Shown: positions 50,848 through 60,815, counted from the stretch's first letter. The stretch: DNA of 64,000 bases from Candidatus Poribacteria bacterium (GCA_965215015.1 OZ244042.1:1024001-1088000), one strand, 5' to 3'. A program made the numbers and translations. The notes: generated by a model from the sequence alone, not told the origin.

Positions 50848-51177
50848 CTTGTGAGCACAAAAAAGGGGTCCCCCGCATCACATGGGGAGACCGCTTTTCT
50901 TATTGGGACCGTGTTGCCTGGCTACTGTGCCGAGGATTCAGTCTTACCCGGCACCTCGCGGGCAGGCACCTTATTCTCCCCCTGCTTGCGGGGGGATATA
51001 GGGGGGTGCCGCTCAAATTGCCGGGCCGCTTCCGGATCCATCTCCCTGAAACGACGAAGTCCTTCCTCCGAACCGTATTGGTCTATCAACTGCGGTTCGT
51101 GTACATGCCCATCCTCGTGGTCGACATGTGCGGCATTGACCGGGGCGGACGGTGTCTCCGTTACGGGTGAGGCTTGT
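50848..51177 (-). pseudogene. 3' relic of the 55471/56916 paralogue family plus shared terminator
   Basis: Near-identical to 56840-57238 apart from an internal deletion of about 70 bp. Confidence 0.85.
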
Positions 51178-51520
51178 GTAGCAGCCCCGGATAGAATTAT
51201 CTACGCCGCCGGGGGCGAGGGCTGCGTATGCCCAGTTTCCTGTCAAAATAATCTTGAATTTGCTGTTGGGTGGGTGGTTTGAGATTATCATACCGATTTC
51301 CGTCAGGTTTCGTCCGTAAATGAGGGCTGACGAGGGTGTGCCATTTTTACGCAAGTCAGACGTAACGCGTTGTATCCGTGGCATAAAGGTAAGGAGACTT
51401 AGGATCGTCATGAATTATTGACAACGATTGTCAATTTCACTCAGATAATATGACAAACACAATAGATTGTCAAGTCTAAAAATATCAAATGCGTTACAAA
51501 GGAGTAGCTCATCCTGTTAT

Positions 51521-51691
51521 ATGAAAAAACTTTTTGAGTCCGGTGGTGACTTTGATGGTGGACTAGACTTTTACCCTCCCAACCCTTACGATTTCGAGCG
51601 CCCGAGCTGCCGGGGGTGTTTGGTGAATGCCATTAAATTGGTTATAATTTTATTTATCGTGTTTTTCGTCCTCTTTAAACTAATGCAGTGA
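51521..51691 (+). CDS. Small membrane protein
   Basis: 56 aa with a C-terminal hydrophobic helix preceded by SCRGC. Confidence 0.45.
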   Translation: MKKLFESGGDFDGGLDFYPPNPYDFERPSCRGCLVNAIKLVIILFIVFFVLFKLMQ

Positions 51692-51744
51692 CAGAATCAC
51701 TATTCAAATGAATCCCTAAATTTCAAAACAAAGGCGGTAAATTT

Positions 51745-52410
51745 ATGTCAACTCAACGACGTTTCACGATAGTGGTGGTGGCGGTTGTTATTCTTTTACT
51801 GGTTGGGATTAGCACTTTTTTAGTCTATGATAAGAATGCATCCATCCAAGAGGTAACGGTTTATGAATTGCCGGATTCCCATACGCCCAGTGTGGAATCT
51901 TCTCTTAGCACGACAGACATCATCGGGGCTATTACTACAGGTCAACGGGGGAGGATTTCTGATAACACCACAGAACAGTATTCTAGTGAATACGATCAAG
52001 GATATGAGGCTGCTGCTGCGCTGGGTGAAAGTACGATAGAACCGTGTTGTCCAGATGAGCTAGATCCTTTAGGTGATATGGATTCGGGGCAAGATACCAA
52101 CCTTGACCACAATCCTGTGTCCCCTGAAGTGATATCGGATGCTAGGCGTCATAATCTATGGTGGGAGGCTCAAAAAGAGCATCATGAAAAAGTGGTAGCA
52201 TCGAAAGAGAAAATGGATGAATTGATGGAGGATTTGAATTTGATTCTTGATGAGAATCGTGATTCGGATCAACTCCTTCGTAATTTGCGAGATCCTGTGT
52301 ATTGGGCGAAGGTGGAATCAACATTTGGTAAACTTGAGTTGTTGAAAAAACAGGATGATAAATTGGCAAAAGAATATCCAAGAAGTCTAACTAACCGCTA
52401 TGTAGATTAA
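51745..52410 (+). CDS. Hypothetical membrane-anchored protein (island cargo)
   Basis: MSTQRRF + TM helix, acidic linker, EPCCPD and coiled C-terminus. Confidence 0.75.
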   Translation: MSTQRRFTIVVVAVVILLLVGISTFLVYDKNASIQEVTVYELPDSHTPSVESSLSTTDIIGAITTGQRGRISDNTTEQYSSEYDQGYEAAAALGESTIEPCCPDELDPLGDMDSGQDTNLDHNPVSPEVISDARRHNLWWEAQKEHHEKVVASKEKMDELMEDLNLILDENRDSDQLLRNLRDPVYWAKVESTFGKLELLKKQDDKLAKEYPRSLTNRYVD

Positions 52411-52753
52411 GGGAAAGGAGTTAAACGAGTCTGTGCACTTACCGAAGCAGATAAAACCACGACGAGGTTGAGGGATTCGGCCCTGATTCGACTGATGAAT
52501 GATTGCCTGTTACGAATCAGTGAAGGGGGCGCGGTAGATGCCGAGGATATCGATAGCGCATTGACAAGTGGAAGGCTTTATCTCTGGATACTCCCTTCGT
52601 GTTGGTTCCGCTGTAGCACTTGCCCAAGCAGGAACGTCCGTTGTAGATATGCAGGGTGCAGGACGATGGAAAGAATAGCGGCTGCCAGCGCATTACGCAC
52701 GGGCAGCATTGACAGAGTAAATCGCGATTGCACGCTTCAAATACAAAAAATGA
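52411..52753 (+). pseudogene. Cre-like tyrosine recombinase relic 2
   Basis: High DNA identity to 58491-58633 and 58847-59032, with deletions and stops. Confidence 0.9.
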
Positions 52754-52849
52754 TAGCTTCGACGTTGCAAACACACCATGATGTGCTATACTATATTCCA
52801 ATGCGTAGAGATTTGACATACTCCTCAACCTAAAGGAAAATTTGCTAAA

Positions 52850-53875
52850 ATGGACGTTCTTATTATCGGTGGCACACGATACATGGGTCGGATTGTTGTG
52901 CAGAGACTCCTTGAACGCGGAGACAAAATTACCGTTTTCTCTAGGGGAACCACCCAACCCGAATGGTGGGAGCAGATTGAACATATTCAGGGAGACCGTG
53001 AAGATCGGTCAGATTTTACCGCAAAGCTGAATGGAAAATCTTTTGATGCGGTCATTGATACGCAGGCTTACCGTAAGGAAGATGTTGAATCTGCGGTGGA
53101 GGCATTCGATGGAAACGCAGGGCGTTACGTCATAGTCAGCACCGGATCGGTATATTTGGAAGGCGCGGTAGACTTTTCTAAGTATTGCACATTCCAAGAA
53201 TCGGTTGTGGATTGGTCATCCCTTGACTATACCTACCCCGCCGGAGAAGACCCATACGGCGTCGGCAAGCGACACTGCGAAAAGTGGCTCCAAGAAAACA
53301 GCAACATTCCGTACACAATTATCCGTATTCCGGCAGTTATGGGCTGGGACGACCCGACCGGACGGATGTGGTGGTGGGTCCAGCGGGCATTGGATGGACG
53401 TGGCGTAGTTATTCCGCTAGAAGATCGTGGACTGTTCCGCACCCTATATTCCGTTGATGCTGCACAAGCTTTTATCTGTGTCCTTGATGTACCGGAGACT
53501 GCCAACCAGACATATCACATCGCCATGCAAGAGATAATGACCATTGAGCGTTGGGGGAATCTGATTTGGAGGGCAGTGGGTCACGAGTGCCAGATTACCT
53601 ACGTTCCCCGCGAAATTATCCACAAACAGCCTCACCTGAATGCCTACGCCCCGCCGATGAGTCGATCCATCTCATACATCTACAATCTGTCCAAAGCCGA
53701 GCGTGAATTCGGTTTCAGCACTACCCCTGTAGAAGAATGGATTCGGACAACCGTAGATTGGTATCGCGAGCAACACAAAGGCGATAATTCGGAGGGCTAC
53801 GAATATCGGGAGAATGAGCTAAGATTAGCAGCAAGATGGGAGACACAATTCGATCGGTTCATCTCGGAGTTCTAA
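52850..53875 (+). CDS. NAD-dependent epimerase/dehydratase family protein
   Basis: GGTRYMG, STGSVY and YGVGK. Confidence 0.92.
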   Translation: MDVLIIGGTRYMGRIVVQRLLERGDKITVFSRGTTQPEWWEQIEHIQGDREDRSDFTAKLNGKSFDAVIDTQAYRKEDVESAVEAFDGNAGRYVIVSTGSVYLEGAVDFSKYCTFQESVVDWSSLDYTYPAGEDPYGVGKRHCEKWLQENSNIPYTIIRIPAVMGWDDPTGRMWWWVQRALDGRGVVIPLEDRGLFRTLYSVDAAQAFICVLDVPETANQTYHIAMQEIMTIERWGNLIWRAVGHECQITYVPREIIHKQPHLNAYAPPMSRSISYIYNLSKAEREFGFSTTPVEEWIRTTVDWYREQHKGDNSEGYEYRENELRLAARWETQFDRFISEF

Positions 53876-53894
53876 TCTGACACCTCAAACCGCA

Positions 53895-54002
53895 TTAGGA
53901 TTCAAAGATTAACAGGATAAAACACCCCTCTCATTATCCTGAAAATCCTAAAATTCTGTAAATCCTGATTCAGACAATTAATCCTGTAAATCCCGATTTG
54001 AC
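53895..54002. repeat. 9-nt-periodic imperfect palindromic repeat (AATCCTGxA type)
   Basis: AGGATTCAAAGATTAACAGGAT ... ATCCTGAAAATCCTAAAATTCTGTAAATCCTGATTCAGAC. Confidence 0.6.
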
Positions 54003-54018
54003 TTTAGGAGACAGCAAA

Positions 54019-55374
54019 ATGTCAAACGTCGATGCAAAAAAAGCACTATTCCATCGCGATTTGAGTTACGATTATCCCCTAATAGTGCGCGGGGAAGGGA
54101 TCTACCTCTACGATGAAACAGGAAAAGGCTACATAGACGGTGCCGCGGGTGCAAGTAATGTGACCTTGGGACATGGCCGTCAACGTATCGCGGATGTAAT
54201 GGCAGAACAAGGCAAGACGCTCGCCTACTGCTTCGCCACCCATTTTACGACTCAACCCGCACTAGACTTAGCCGATCGGGTCGCCGCAATAGCCCCCGGC
54301 GACCTGAACCACGCCTATTTCGTTTCAGGCGGTTCAGAGGGGATTGAAACCGCGATCAAGATTGCCCGGCAGTACCATGTCCAGCGTGGGAAGGGACAGA
54401 AGCATCAAGTCATCGCCCGGTGGCGTGGCTACCACGGTGCGACGCTCGGGGCTTTGGGAGTCACAGGTACACCGGGGATGCGCGACCTTTTCGCACCCTT
54501 GCTTCCCCATTTCCCACACATCGCCCCTTGCTATCCATATCGCTGCGCGTTTGCGGGTTGTGAAGGAAAATGCAACCTGACCTGTGCCCATGAACTGGAG
54601 CAGATGATTTTGCAGACCGGGCCGGAGAATGTGGCGGCATTTGTGGCAGAACCTTTGGTGCTCGGAGGCGTTGCTGCGGCGATACCGCCCAAGGACTACT
54701 ATCCAGTCGTGCGTGAAATCTGCGATAAGTATGATGTCCTATTTATTGCGGATGAAATCATCACCGGTTTTGGGCGCAGCGGCAGATATTTCGCCATTGA
54801 GCACTGGGACGTCCTCCCGGATATGATTGTCTTTGGAAAGGCAGCGAGCAGCGGCTACGCCCCTTTGAGCGGTGTGATTATTCGGGATAGTATTCGTGAT
54901 ACCTTCGCAGCGGGCGGCACACCTTTCGCCCACGTCTTCACCTACGTCAATAATCCCATAGCCATGCGGGTTGGGTTGGAGGTGCTGGATATCATCGAAG
55001 AGGAAGGGATTCTTGAGCATACGACGCAGATGGGCGAGTATCTACTAAAAAAAGCAAGCGCGTTAGACGCCCATCCAAGCGTCGGTGAGATTCGGGGGCT
55101 CGGACTGATTCTCGGCATCGAGCTAGTACGTGACAAAGAGACGAAGGCACCCTTTCCCGCATCGCTTGGCTTTCACAAACGCCTCAACAAGATTCTACTG
55201 GATAAGGGCCTGTCCATAGGGAGTGCCGGCGGTACGGCAGATTGGAAGAACGGCGACGACCTGCGTTTTTATCCTCCGCTCATTATCACGCGCAGCCAAA
55301 TTGATGAAGTGATTGCCATCATCGATGAGGGTCTGGGACAATTGGAAGATGAGCTTTCGCGTCCCAACCGATGA
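54019..55374 (+). CDS. Class III aminotransferase
   Basis: SGGSEGIETAIK, YHGAT, ADEIITGFGRSG and FGKAASSGY. Confidence 0.95.
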   Translation: MSNVDAKKALFHRDLSYDYPLIVRGEGIYLYDETGKGYIDGAAGASNVTLGHGRQRIADVMAEQGKTLAYCFATHFTTQPALDLADRVAAIAPGDLNHAYFVSGGSEGIETAIKIARQYHVQRGKGQKHQVIARWRGYHGATLGALGVTGTPGMRDLFAPLLPHFPHIAPCYPYRCAFAGCEGKCNLTCAHELEQMILQTGPENVAAFVAEPLVLGGVAAAIPPKDYYPVVREICDKYDVLFIADEIITGFGRSGRYFAIEHWDVLPDMIVFGKAASSGYAPLSGVIIRDSIRDTFAAGGTPFAHVFTYVNNPIAMRVGLEVLDIIEEEGILEHTTQMGEYLLKKASALDAHPSVGEIRGLGLILGIELVRDKETKAPFPASLGFHKRLNKILLDKGLSIGSAGGTADWKNGDDLRFYPPLIITRSQIDEVIAIIDEGLGQLEDELSRPNR

Positions 55375-55387
55375 CACCGGGATTCAA

Positions 55388-55648
55388 AAGGACATGTTGT
55401 GAAGCACAAAAAAGCGGTCCCCTGCATCACATGGGGAGACCGCTTTTCTTATTGAGACCGTGTTGCCGTGCTACTGTGTCGATGACTCAACCTCATCTGG
55501 CCTCTCACGGGCAGGCACCTTATTCTCCCCCTGCTTGCGGGGGGATATAGGGGGGTGCCGCTCAAATTGCCGGGCCGCTTCTGGATCCATCTCCCTGAAA
55601 CGGCGGAGCCCTTCCTCCGCACCGTATTGGTTAATTAACTGTTGTGCC
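55388..55648 (-). repeat. About 260-bp module (paralogue C-terminus + terminator), repeated at 56833-57093 and partly at 50848-51095
   Basis: Direct sequence comparison. Includes the minus-strand terminator AAAAGCGGTC...GACCGCTTTTTT. Confidence 0.92.
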
Positions 55649-56484
55649 TTCTCTTGTTGCTCTGGGGACATCCCCTCCCAGCCGCGCACTTCATGGCCTT
55701 CCACTGGTAGCGTTTCATGTACACGCTCAACCTCGTCAGTCCCGGGTGCTTTATCAACCGGGATTTTCGGCGCATTTATTACAGGGAAGACTCCAGAATC
55801 CGCAGGGGAATCCTCAAAGCTACCGGCTCCCGCAGCACTGTCGCTCCGCATCGGTGCAGGGAGCGGATCGACCCGGGCGTTTACAAACGAACTTGGAATT
55901 AAGCCCTCTGCGATTAACCTGCCCACATCTTCGATGGGGACATCATACATTGAACTCAAATGAATTTTATTTATGTACGAATCCGCAGTTTCCCCTTCTG
56001 GAACATCATACATTACCCCATCTATCAGCACCCTCGTCATAACAGGCCAAGCCTCGGGAGGAGGTACAAAGTCCCCAGGTTTAAGTTTTGAATGCCAATA
56101 TATCTTATGTACCTGCCCGTCAGGGCCTTCAATGAGCTGCGGCACCAAATCCTTCACATAATATGTTTCAGTACTCACAAGTTGGGCATCCCTATCGTCA
56201 TCCGGGTTCGACGACACCTGTGCATACTGGATCTTTACAGGCTTACCAGTCGCTGCGCTAAAAGGTTCTCCCTTAGGGGACTTCGAGGCAGCCGCTTGTA
56301 ATTGTTCCTCTTTATCAAGGGAATGTTGAGAAATCTTAGGGTCCAAAAATATCTTCCCAAACGCAACATGGTCTCTTAGTAATTCCCTTAATTCAAGGTG
56401 ATTTTTGTAAACCCAGTATCCTACGACAACAAGAAACAGCACCATCAATGCAACGGTGCAACGGAAAAAACGGCGATTAAACAT
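55471..56484 (-). CDS. Membrane-anchored hypothetical protein, paralogue B
   Basis: AGGAG RBS; MFNRRF + TM; C-terminus QQLINQYGAEEGLRRFREMDPEAARQFER. Confidence 0.85.
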   Translation of the reverse strand: MFNRRFFRCTVALMVLFLVVVGYWVYKNHLELRELLRDHVAFGKIFLDPKISQHSLDKEEQLQAAASKSPKGEPFSAATGKPVKIQYAQVSSNPDDDRDAQLVSTETYYVKDLVPQLIEGPDGQVHKIYWHSKLKPGDFVPPPEAWPVMTRVLIDGVMYDVPEGETADSYINKIHLSSMYDVPIEDVGRLIAEGLIPSSFVNARVDPLPAPMRSDSAAGAGSFEDSPADSGVFPVINAPKIPVDKAPGTDEVERVHETLPVEGHEVRGWEGMSPEQQEKAQQLINQYGAEEGLRRFREMDPEAARQFERHPPISPRKQGENKVPARERPDEVESSTQ

Positions 56485-56830
56485 GATAATCTCCTAAGAA
56501 ACGAATAAAGTGTTTGTCCATTCGGGCATACTTAGGGCCATTAGAGCAGTGGCTGTTATTACAACGGGTACCCCACATAATATCAGTCCAATCGCCGGTA
56601 AAGGTTCTCCAGAACTTCCACTCTGAAAACCCAGTCGACTTCCAAGCCCCATTACGGTACACCTGATAGTTGTATCTTTTGTTGACGGTATAGGTGTACT
56701 TGTAACGCCAACCGGATATAATGCCTGAACTACACGCGTGGCAAGACTTAGCATAACTCTTAATGTCGTATGATTGAACTGAGAATTGCACTTCCGGAAT
56801 CGTGCGAGTATCACCTTCGCTTGGACCGTT
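56477..56830 (-). CDS. Small Cys/Trp/Tyr-rich protein, probably 5'-truncated
   Basis: Frame open from the repeat junction (NGPSEGDTRTIPEVQF...CHAC...CNNSHC); overlaps the next start; no clear RBS or signal peptide. Confidence 0.55.
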   Translation of the reverse strand, partial: NGPSEGDTRTIPEVQFSVQSYDIKSYAKSCHACSSGIISGWRYKYTYTVNKRYNYQVYRNGAWKSTGFSEWKFWRTFTGDWTDIMWGTRCNNSHCSNGPKYARMDKHFIRFLGDYHV

Positions 56831-56915
56831 TTAAGGACATGTTGTGAAGCACAAAAAAGCGGGCCCCTACATCACATGGAGCGACCGCTTTTCTTATTGA
56901 GACCGTGTTGCCTTG

Positions 56916-58040
56916 CTACTGTGTCGATGACTCAACCTCATCTGGCCTCTCACGGGCAGGCTTCTTATTCTCCCCCTGCTTGCGGGGGGATATAGGGGGG
57001 TGCCGCTCAAATTGCCGGGCCGCTTCTGGATCCATCTCCCTGAAACGGCGGAGCCCTTCCTCCGAACCGTATTGGTCAATCAACTGTTGTGCCGTATTAA
57101 AACGCTCTGACGATAACCGTTCCTTGAGTTGCGTTTCAAGGCTTTCAACGACTGGCGGTTCGTGTACATGCCCATCCTCGTGGTGGACGTGTGCGGCATT
57201 GACCGGGGCGGACGGTGTCTCCGTTACGGGTGAGGCTTCGGAACGGACAGGCACCTCACCGCGCTCCCTCGCAGAAACAGGGACTGTTGCATCACTAATC
57301 TGTTGCTGATACTCGCCCTCGCCGGTGGATGTCTGTTTCCCACGGTTGATGAGGTGCCCCTCGCCCCTTACCTCAAGAAACGCGTTAATCATCCTTTCAT
57401 CCTCTGGTGTTAGAGATGCAGATTCTATTATAAGCTCCCCTGACGCTAGACGCCGTTCAAGTTCTTCTATTGAGATTCCCAGTGTTTTAGCGTCAATTAA
57501 TTTCTCAACGTACGCCTCTCTCTCTGTTTCAGAGATATAATCGGGGATCTCTGAAGCTTCTATAGTATGCCAACCTTCCATTGGATTCTCTAGAATATTA
57601 TCTTCTCGTATAGGAAGTGGCGGGGGGATAGCATCCCCCTTTTTGAGCAGCTTGTCAGGCGTTGTGTACACTACCCGGACGGTGCCATCAGGGGTTTCAA
57701 CGAATTGTGGCACCAGCGGTTGCCCCTCACCGCGGATGACAGGGTAGCCTTTGGGGGACGGTTCACCGATTTCGCTCGCTTCTGCATACTGTACCCGCAC
57801 CGGCAGTTGGTCTAATAGATTGGGCACGTCATTCTCACGATTTTCACCCGCACGTCTCGAATTCCTTTCTGCTATGTGAGAGGCATCTTTATTAAGCCCC
57901 TCCTGAAACGCCTTAGATTCCGAGATAAAACGCTTAAACTGGCTATGATTTTGGTAAGCTCTATAGCCTACATAACAGAGGGAAATTAACGTAACAGTAC
58001 AAACACCAACAATATAGGGACTGAAACGACGTCTAAACAT
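56916..58040 (-). CDS. Membrane-anchored hypothetical protein, paralogue A
   Basis: AAGGAGG RBS before ATG 58040; MFRRRF + TM; same C-terminal module as paralogue B. Confidence 0.85.
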   Translation of the reverse strand: MFRRRFSPYIVGVCTVTLISLCYVGYRAYQNHSQFKRFISESKAFQEGLNKDASHIAERNSRRAGENRENDVPNLLDQLPVRVQYAEASEIGEPSPKGYPVIRGEGQPLVPQFVETPDGTVRVVYTTPDKLLKKGDAIPPPLPIREDNILENPMEGWHTIEASEIPDYISETEREAYVEKLIDAKTLGISIEELERRLASGELIIESASLTPEDERMINAFLEVRGEGHLINRGKQTSTGEGEYQQQISDATVPVSARERGEVPVRSEASPVTETPSAPVNAAHVHHEDGHVHEPPVVESLETQLKERLSSERFNTAQQLIDQYGSEEGLRRFREMDPEAARQFERHPPISPRKQGENKKPARERPDEVESSTQ

Positions 58041-58142
58041 CAGATTGACCTCCTTAGCTATAAAAAAATAACCGTTTTTTGGACAACCCATTTACCAGAT
58101 ATTACACAGAATCTCTGGCAATCAACATGCCAACAATATAGG

Positions 58143-58180
58143 TTCAGTAGGGACAGGTTGGAAATCCGGCCCCTACTGAA
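58143..58180. repeat. GTAG-type REP palindrome
   Basis: TTCAGTAGGG...CCCTACTGAA. Confidence 0.65.
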
Positions 58181-58462
58181 AATCGCCCAACACGGTGTGG
58201 ATAGACTTACCCGCCATTGAGACCTGGACAGGAAAGACCATGAACGCTACAGATATAGCGATAACTATTCGTTCTTACGATGCGCCTGCTCACCTCTCTG
58301 GTTGAGACATTTCTCCAGTGGGGATTGCCATTTTCATGGTAATAATAAACGCGTACCTGTTTATAGCGAGTGTAGATTCTCCATTTTTCTTCGACTTTTA
58401 CGCTACCACCGCTACCGTTAGGGCATGAACCCCCATTATAGCTATAAAAGGTCCAAACTCAG

Positions 58463-59032
58463 GTGGATGGCATAACCTGGGACGAGGTAGAACGAGTCTG
58501 TGCACTTGCCGAAGTGGATAAAACCACAACAGGGTTAAGGGATTCGGCACTGATTCGACTGATGAGTGATTGCCTGTTACGAATCAGTGAAGGGGTCGCG
58601 GTAGATGCCGAGGATATCGATAGCGTGTTGACCATTCATCAATCAAAGACTGACCACGAATGGGAAGGTACAACGCTGTATGTTGGCGATCCCACACGGG
58701 AGGTGATAAATCGGTATTGTGAAGCAGGAAACATCACCTCAGGCCCCCTCTTTCGGCGGATTCGTCGGGGGGACAATATAACCCACAGCAGACTGAGTGT
58801 AGGCGGTGCAAGAAACGCTATTAAGTGCCGGGCACGCGCAGCGGGTGTGGAAGGCTTTATCTCTGGTCACTCCCTTCGTGTTGGTTCCGCTGTAGCACTT
58901 GCCCAAGCGGGAGCGTCCGTTGTAGATACGCAGGTTGCAGGCCGATGGAAAGAATCGCGGATGCCAGCGTGTTACGCACGGGCAGAATTGACAGACCAAA
59001 CCGCGATTGCACGCTTCAAATACAAAAAATGA
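58463..59032 (+). pseudogene. Cre-like tyrosine recombinase, catalytic domain only (relic 3)
   Basis: LRDSAL..LLRISE (R), QSKTD (K), SGHSLRVG (HxxR), GRW and CYAR (Y). The N-terminal binding domain is absent. Confidence 0.85.
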
Positions 59033-59238
59033 TAACATCACGCGCAGCCAAATTGACGAGGTGATCATCATCATCTATGAAGGTCTGGGACGATTGAAAG
59101 ACAAGCTAAAGCGCGAAGGACTGGGGAAAATAGAACGCAAAGTTCCAGAGTCACAAAGGAAAGTTTTTTAATATTTTCGCAGCAGCCCAAACTTTGCGTC
59201 TTTGCACCCTTGCGTTCTATTTTTCTTGCTGCGCGTCC

Positions 59239-59979
59239 TTACCCGAATAGTGGGTTAGTTGTCCCGAATGCGTCTACTGCCGTCCCCGTAACCGCTGAAC
59301 TCATATCTGAGGCTAGGAAAACCGCGAGTGCTGCAATCTCTTCGGGCAGCATCAACTTCGGATTCTCTTCCCTGCCCCCGCTCCCGAATGCCTCGCGAAA
59401 ACCTTCCGTGTCAACCCCGCCGGGGCAGATGCAATTGACATCAATGCCGTGCTGCTTGACCTCGGCTGCGACGCTTTCCGTTAGACTGATCAGCGCGGCT
59501 TTGGTTACCCGATAGGCGGTACGACCCTTGCCCCCTTTTCGCCCACCAATGCTTGAGATGTTGATGATTTTCCCATATCGGTTTTCAATCATACTCGGCA
59601 GCGCGAACTTTGTGAGCAACGCAGCGGCGGTTAGGTTCACATCCATGACCTGCCTCCACAGATTAGCGTCCAAGTCCACCAGATCTATGGGCGGGTGGAT
59701 GATGGCAGCGTTGTTGACCAAGATATCAATCCCTCCAAACTTCGCGGTCGTTTCATCTACGATGCGTCGGATGTCTCGCTCAACGCTTAAATCTGCTGTC
59801 ACCGCTAATCCCATCGAGCCTGCCTCCTTGACCTGACCAACAACCGTTTCAATCGCCTCCGTCGTGCGAGCAGTAGCAACGACGTTAGCACCTTCCCGAC
59901 CGAATGCGAGTGCAATCGCTCTTCCAATCCCTTGGCTCGCACCGGTGACAATGGCAGTTCTATTCTCAAGTTGTCCCAT
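59239..59979 (-). CDS. Short-chain dehydrogenase/reductase
   Basis: TGASQGIG, NNAA and YRVTK. Confidence 0.94.
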   Translation of the reverse strand: MGQLENRTAIVTGASQGIGRAIALAFGREGANVVATARTTEAIETVVGQVKEAGSMGLAVTADLSVERDIRRIVDETTAKFGGIDILVNNAAIIHPPIDLVDLDANLWRQVMDVNLTAAALLTKFALPSMIENRYGKIINISSIGGRKGGKGRTAYRVTKAALISLTESVAAEVKQHGIDVNCICPGGVDTEGFREAFGSGGREENPKLMLPEEIAALAVFLASDMSSAVTGTAVDAFGTTNPLFG

Positions 59980-60000
59980 TAATTGCTCCTTTCAAACCTA

Positions 60001-60815
60001 CTATCGCGCAGTCAAATCGTCCCCTAAGTCATGGGTATCGAACTGTCTCGACTCTATGCAGACGGCCATCACAAGTATTTCCAAATCCTCTTGCGTGTAA
60101 TTGTAGATACCGTGCGACCCACCTAGCTTATTCGGGATGGCGTCGCCCACATGTACCTTCTCTGTTTCACCGTCCACCGTCATTTGACCGCCGCCTGTCA
60201 TGATGATATAGGTCTCCTCTATCACCTCGTGGCGGTGATAGCCGACCAATACGCCGGGGGGCACCATGCAAAGAGCAACGAATCCCCAATTTGTTTGGAA
60301 ATCCTGATGTCCCCAAACCTGCCTCACGTCTACCGCCCCTTTGCTTCCGCGGACGTTTGGGGTAAACGTCAACAAATTGTGGTCAAGCCGCCCAACGGAA
60401 AACCTATCGGCCTTCTCCAACGGCGCCCCGACACGGCTTCCCCCAAAGTCTGTGCAGTTATATCCGTCCCCCGTATTTACGACACAGAAATTTATGAACC
60501 GCGTCTCTTTGTTTATATGATTGTAAATTGCGTGCGATTCTCCCTTCCGGCAAGGCACAGTCGCCCCCCCAACCATTCCTGCCGTTCGACAACTGCGCTG
60601 CGTTGTTCAGAATCGTGAACATTTCCTCTCACTCATCGTGGCGGTGATGACCAATCCCGCCGCCGGGCGGCAGAATCGCGAAATGGATAAACCACCTCGG
60701 CGTCTGAAAATCCCTCTCGCCCCGGAAGAGCTTCTTAAATCAAAATATGACCTGCCCCGCCATGGACACCTTCTGACGCACTCAATTCATCTCGATGCAC
60801 ATGGGCAATGCACAT
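60001..60815 (-). pseudogene. Bicupin protein, frameshifted in the N-terminal half
   Basis: MCIAHVHRDE..GVHGGAGHI, frameshift, GGGIGHHRHDE(TGA)EEMF, second frameshift; intact C-terminal cupin GYHRHEVIEETY...GSHGIYN. Confidence 0.75.

Larger units (their letters stand above)
55285..59107. mobile_element. Decayed integrative island bounded by 71-bp direct repeats of the aminotransferase 3' end
   Basis: 55285-55355 vs 59037-59107: 60/71 identical, first 20 exact. The recombinase gene ends 4 nt before the right repeat. Confidence 0.75.

Noticed and set aside
50848-57240. Diversity-generating retroelement TR/VR pair
   Set aside because: No reverse transcriptase in the window, and differences between copies are not adenine-specific.
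50851-57309. Plus-strand ORFs 50851-51282, 55460-55963 and 56905-57309 as a gene family
   Set aside because: They are antisense shadows of the repeated minus-strand module.
55388-59032. Classical integron
   Set aside because: The recombinase lacks the IntI-specific insertion and looks Cre-like. The repeats are terminator-containing modules without attC RYYYAAC/GTTRRRY ends.
60630-60640. Possible Sec codon in the cupin (HRHDE-TGA-EEMF)
   Set aside because: It is flanked by frameshifts on both sides, so pseudogene decay is the simpler explanation.
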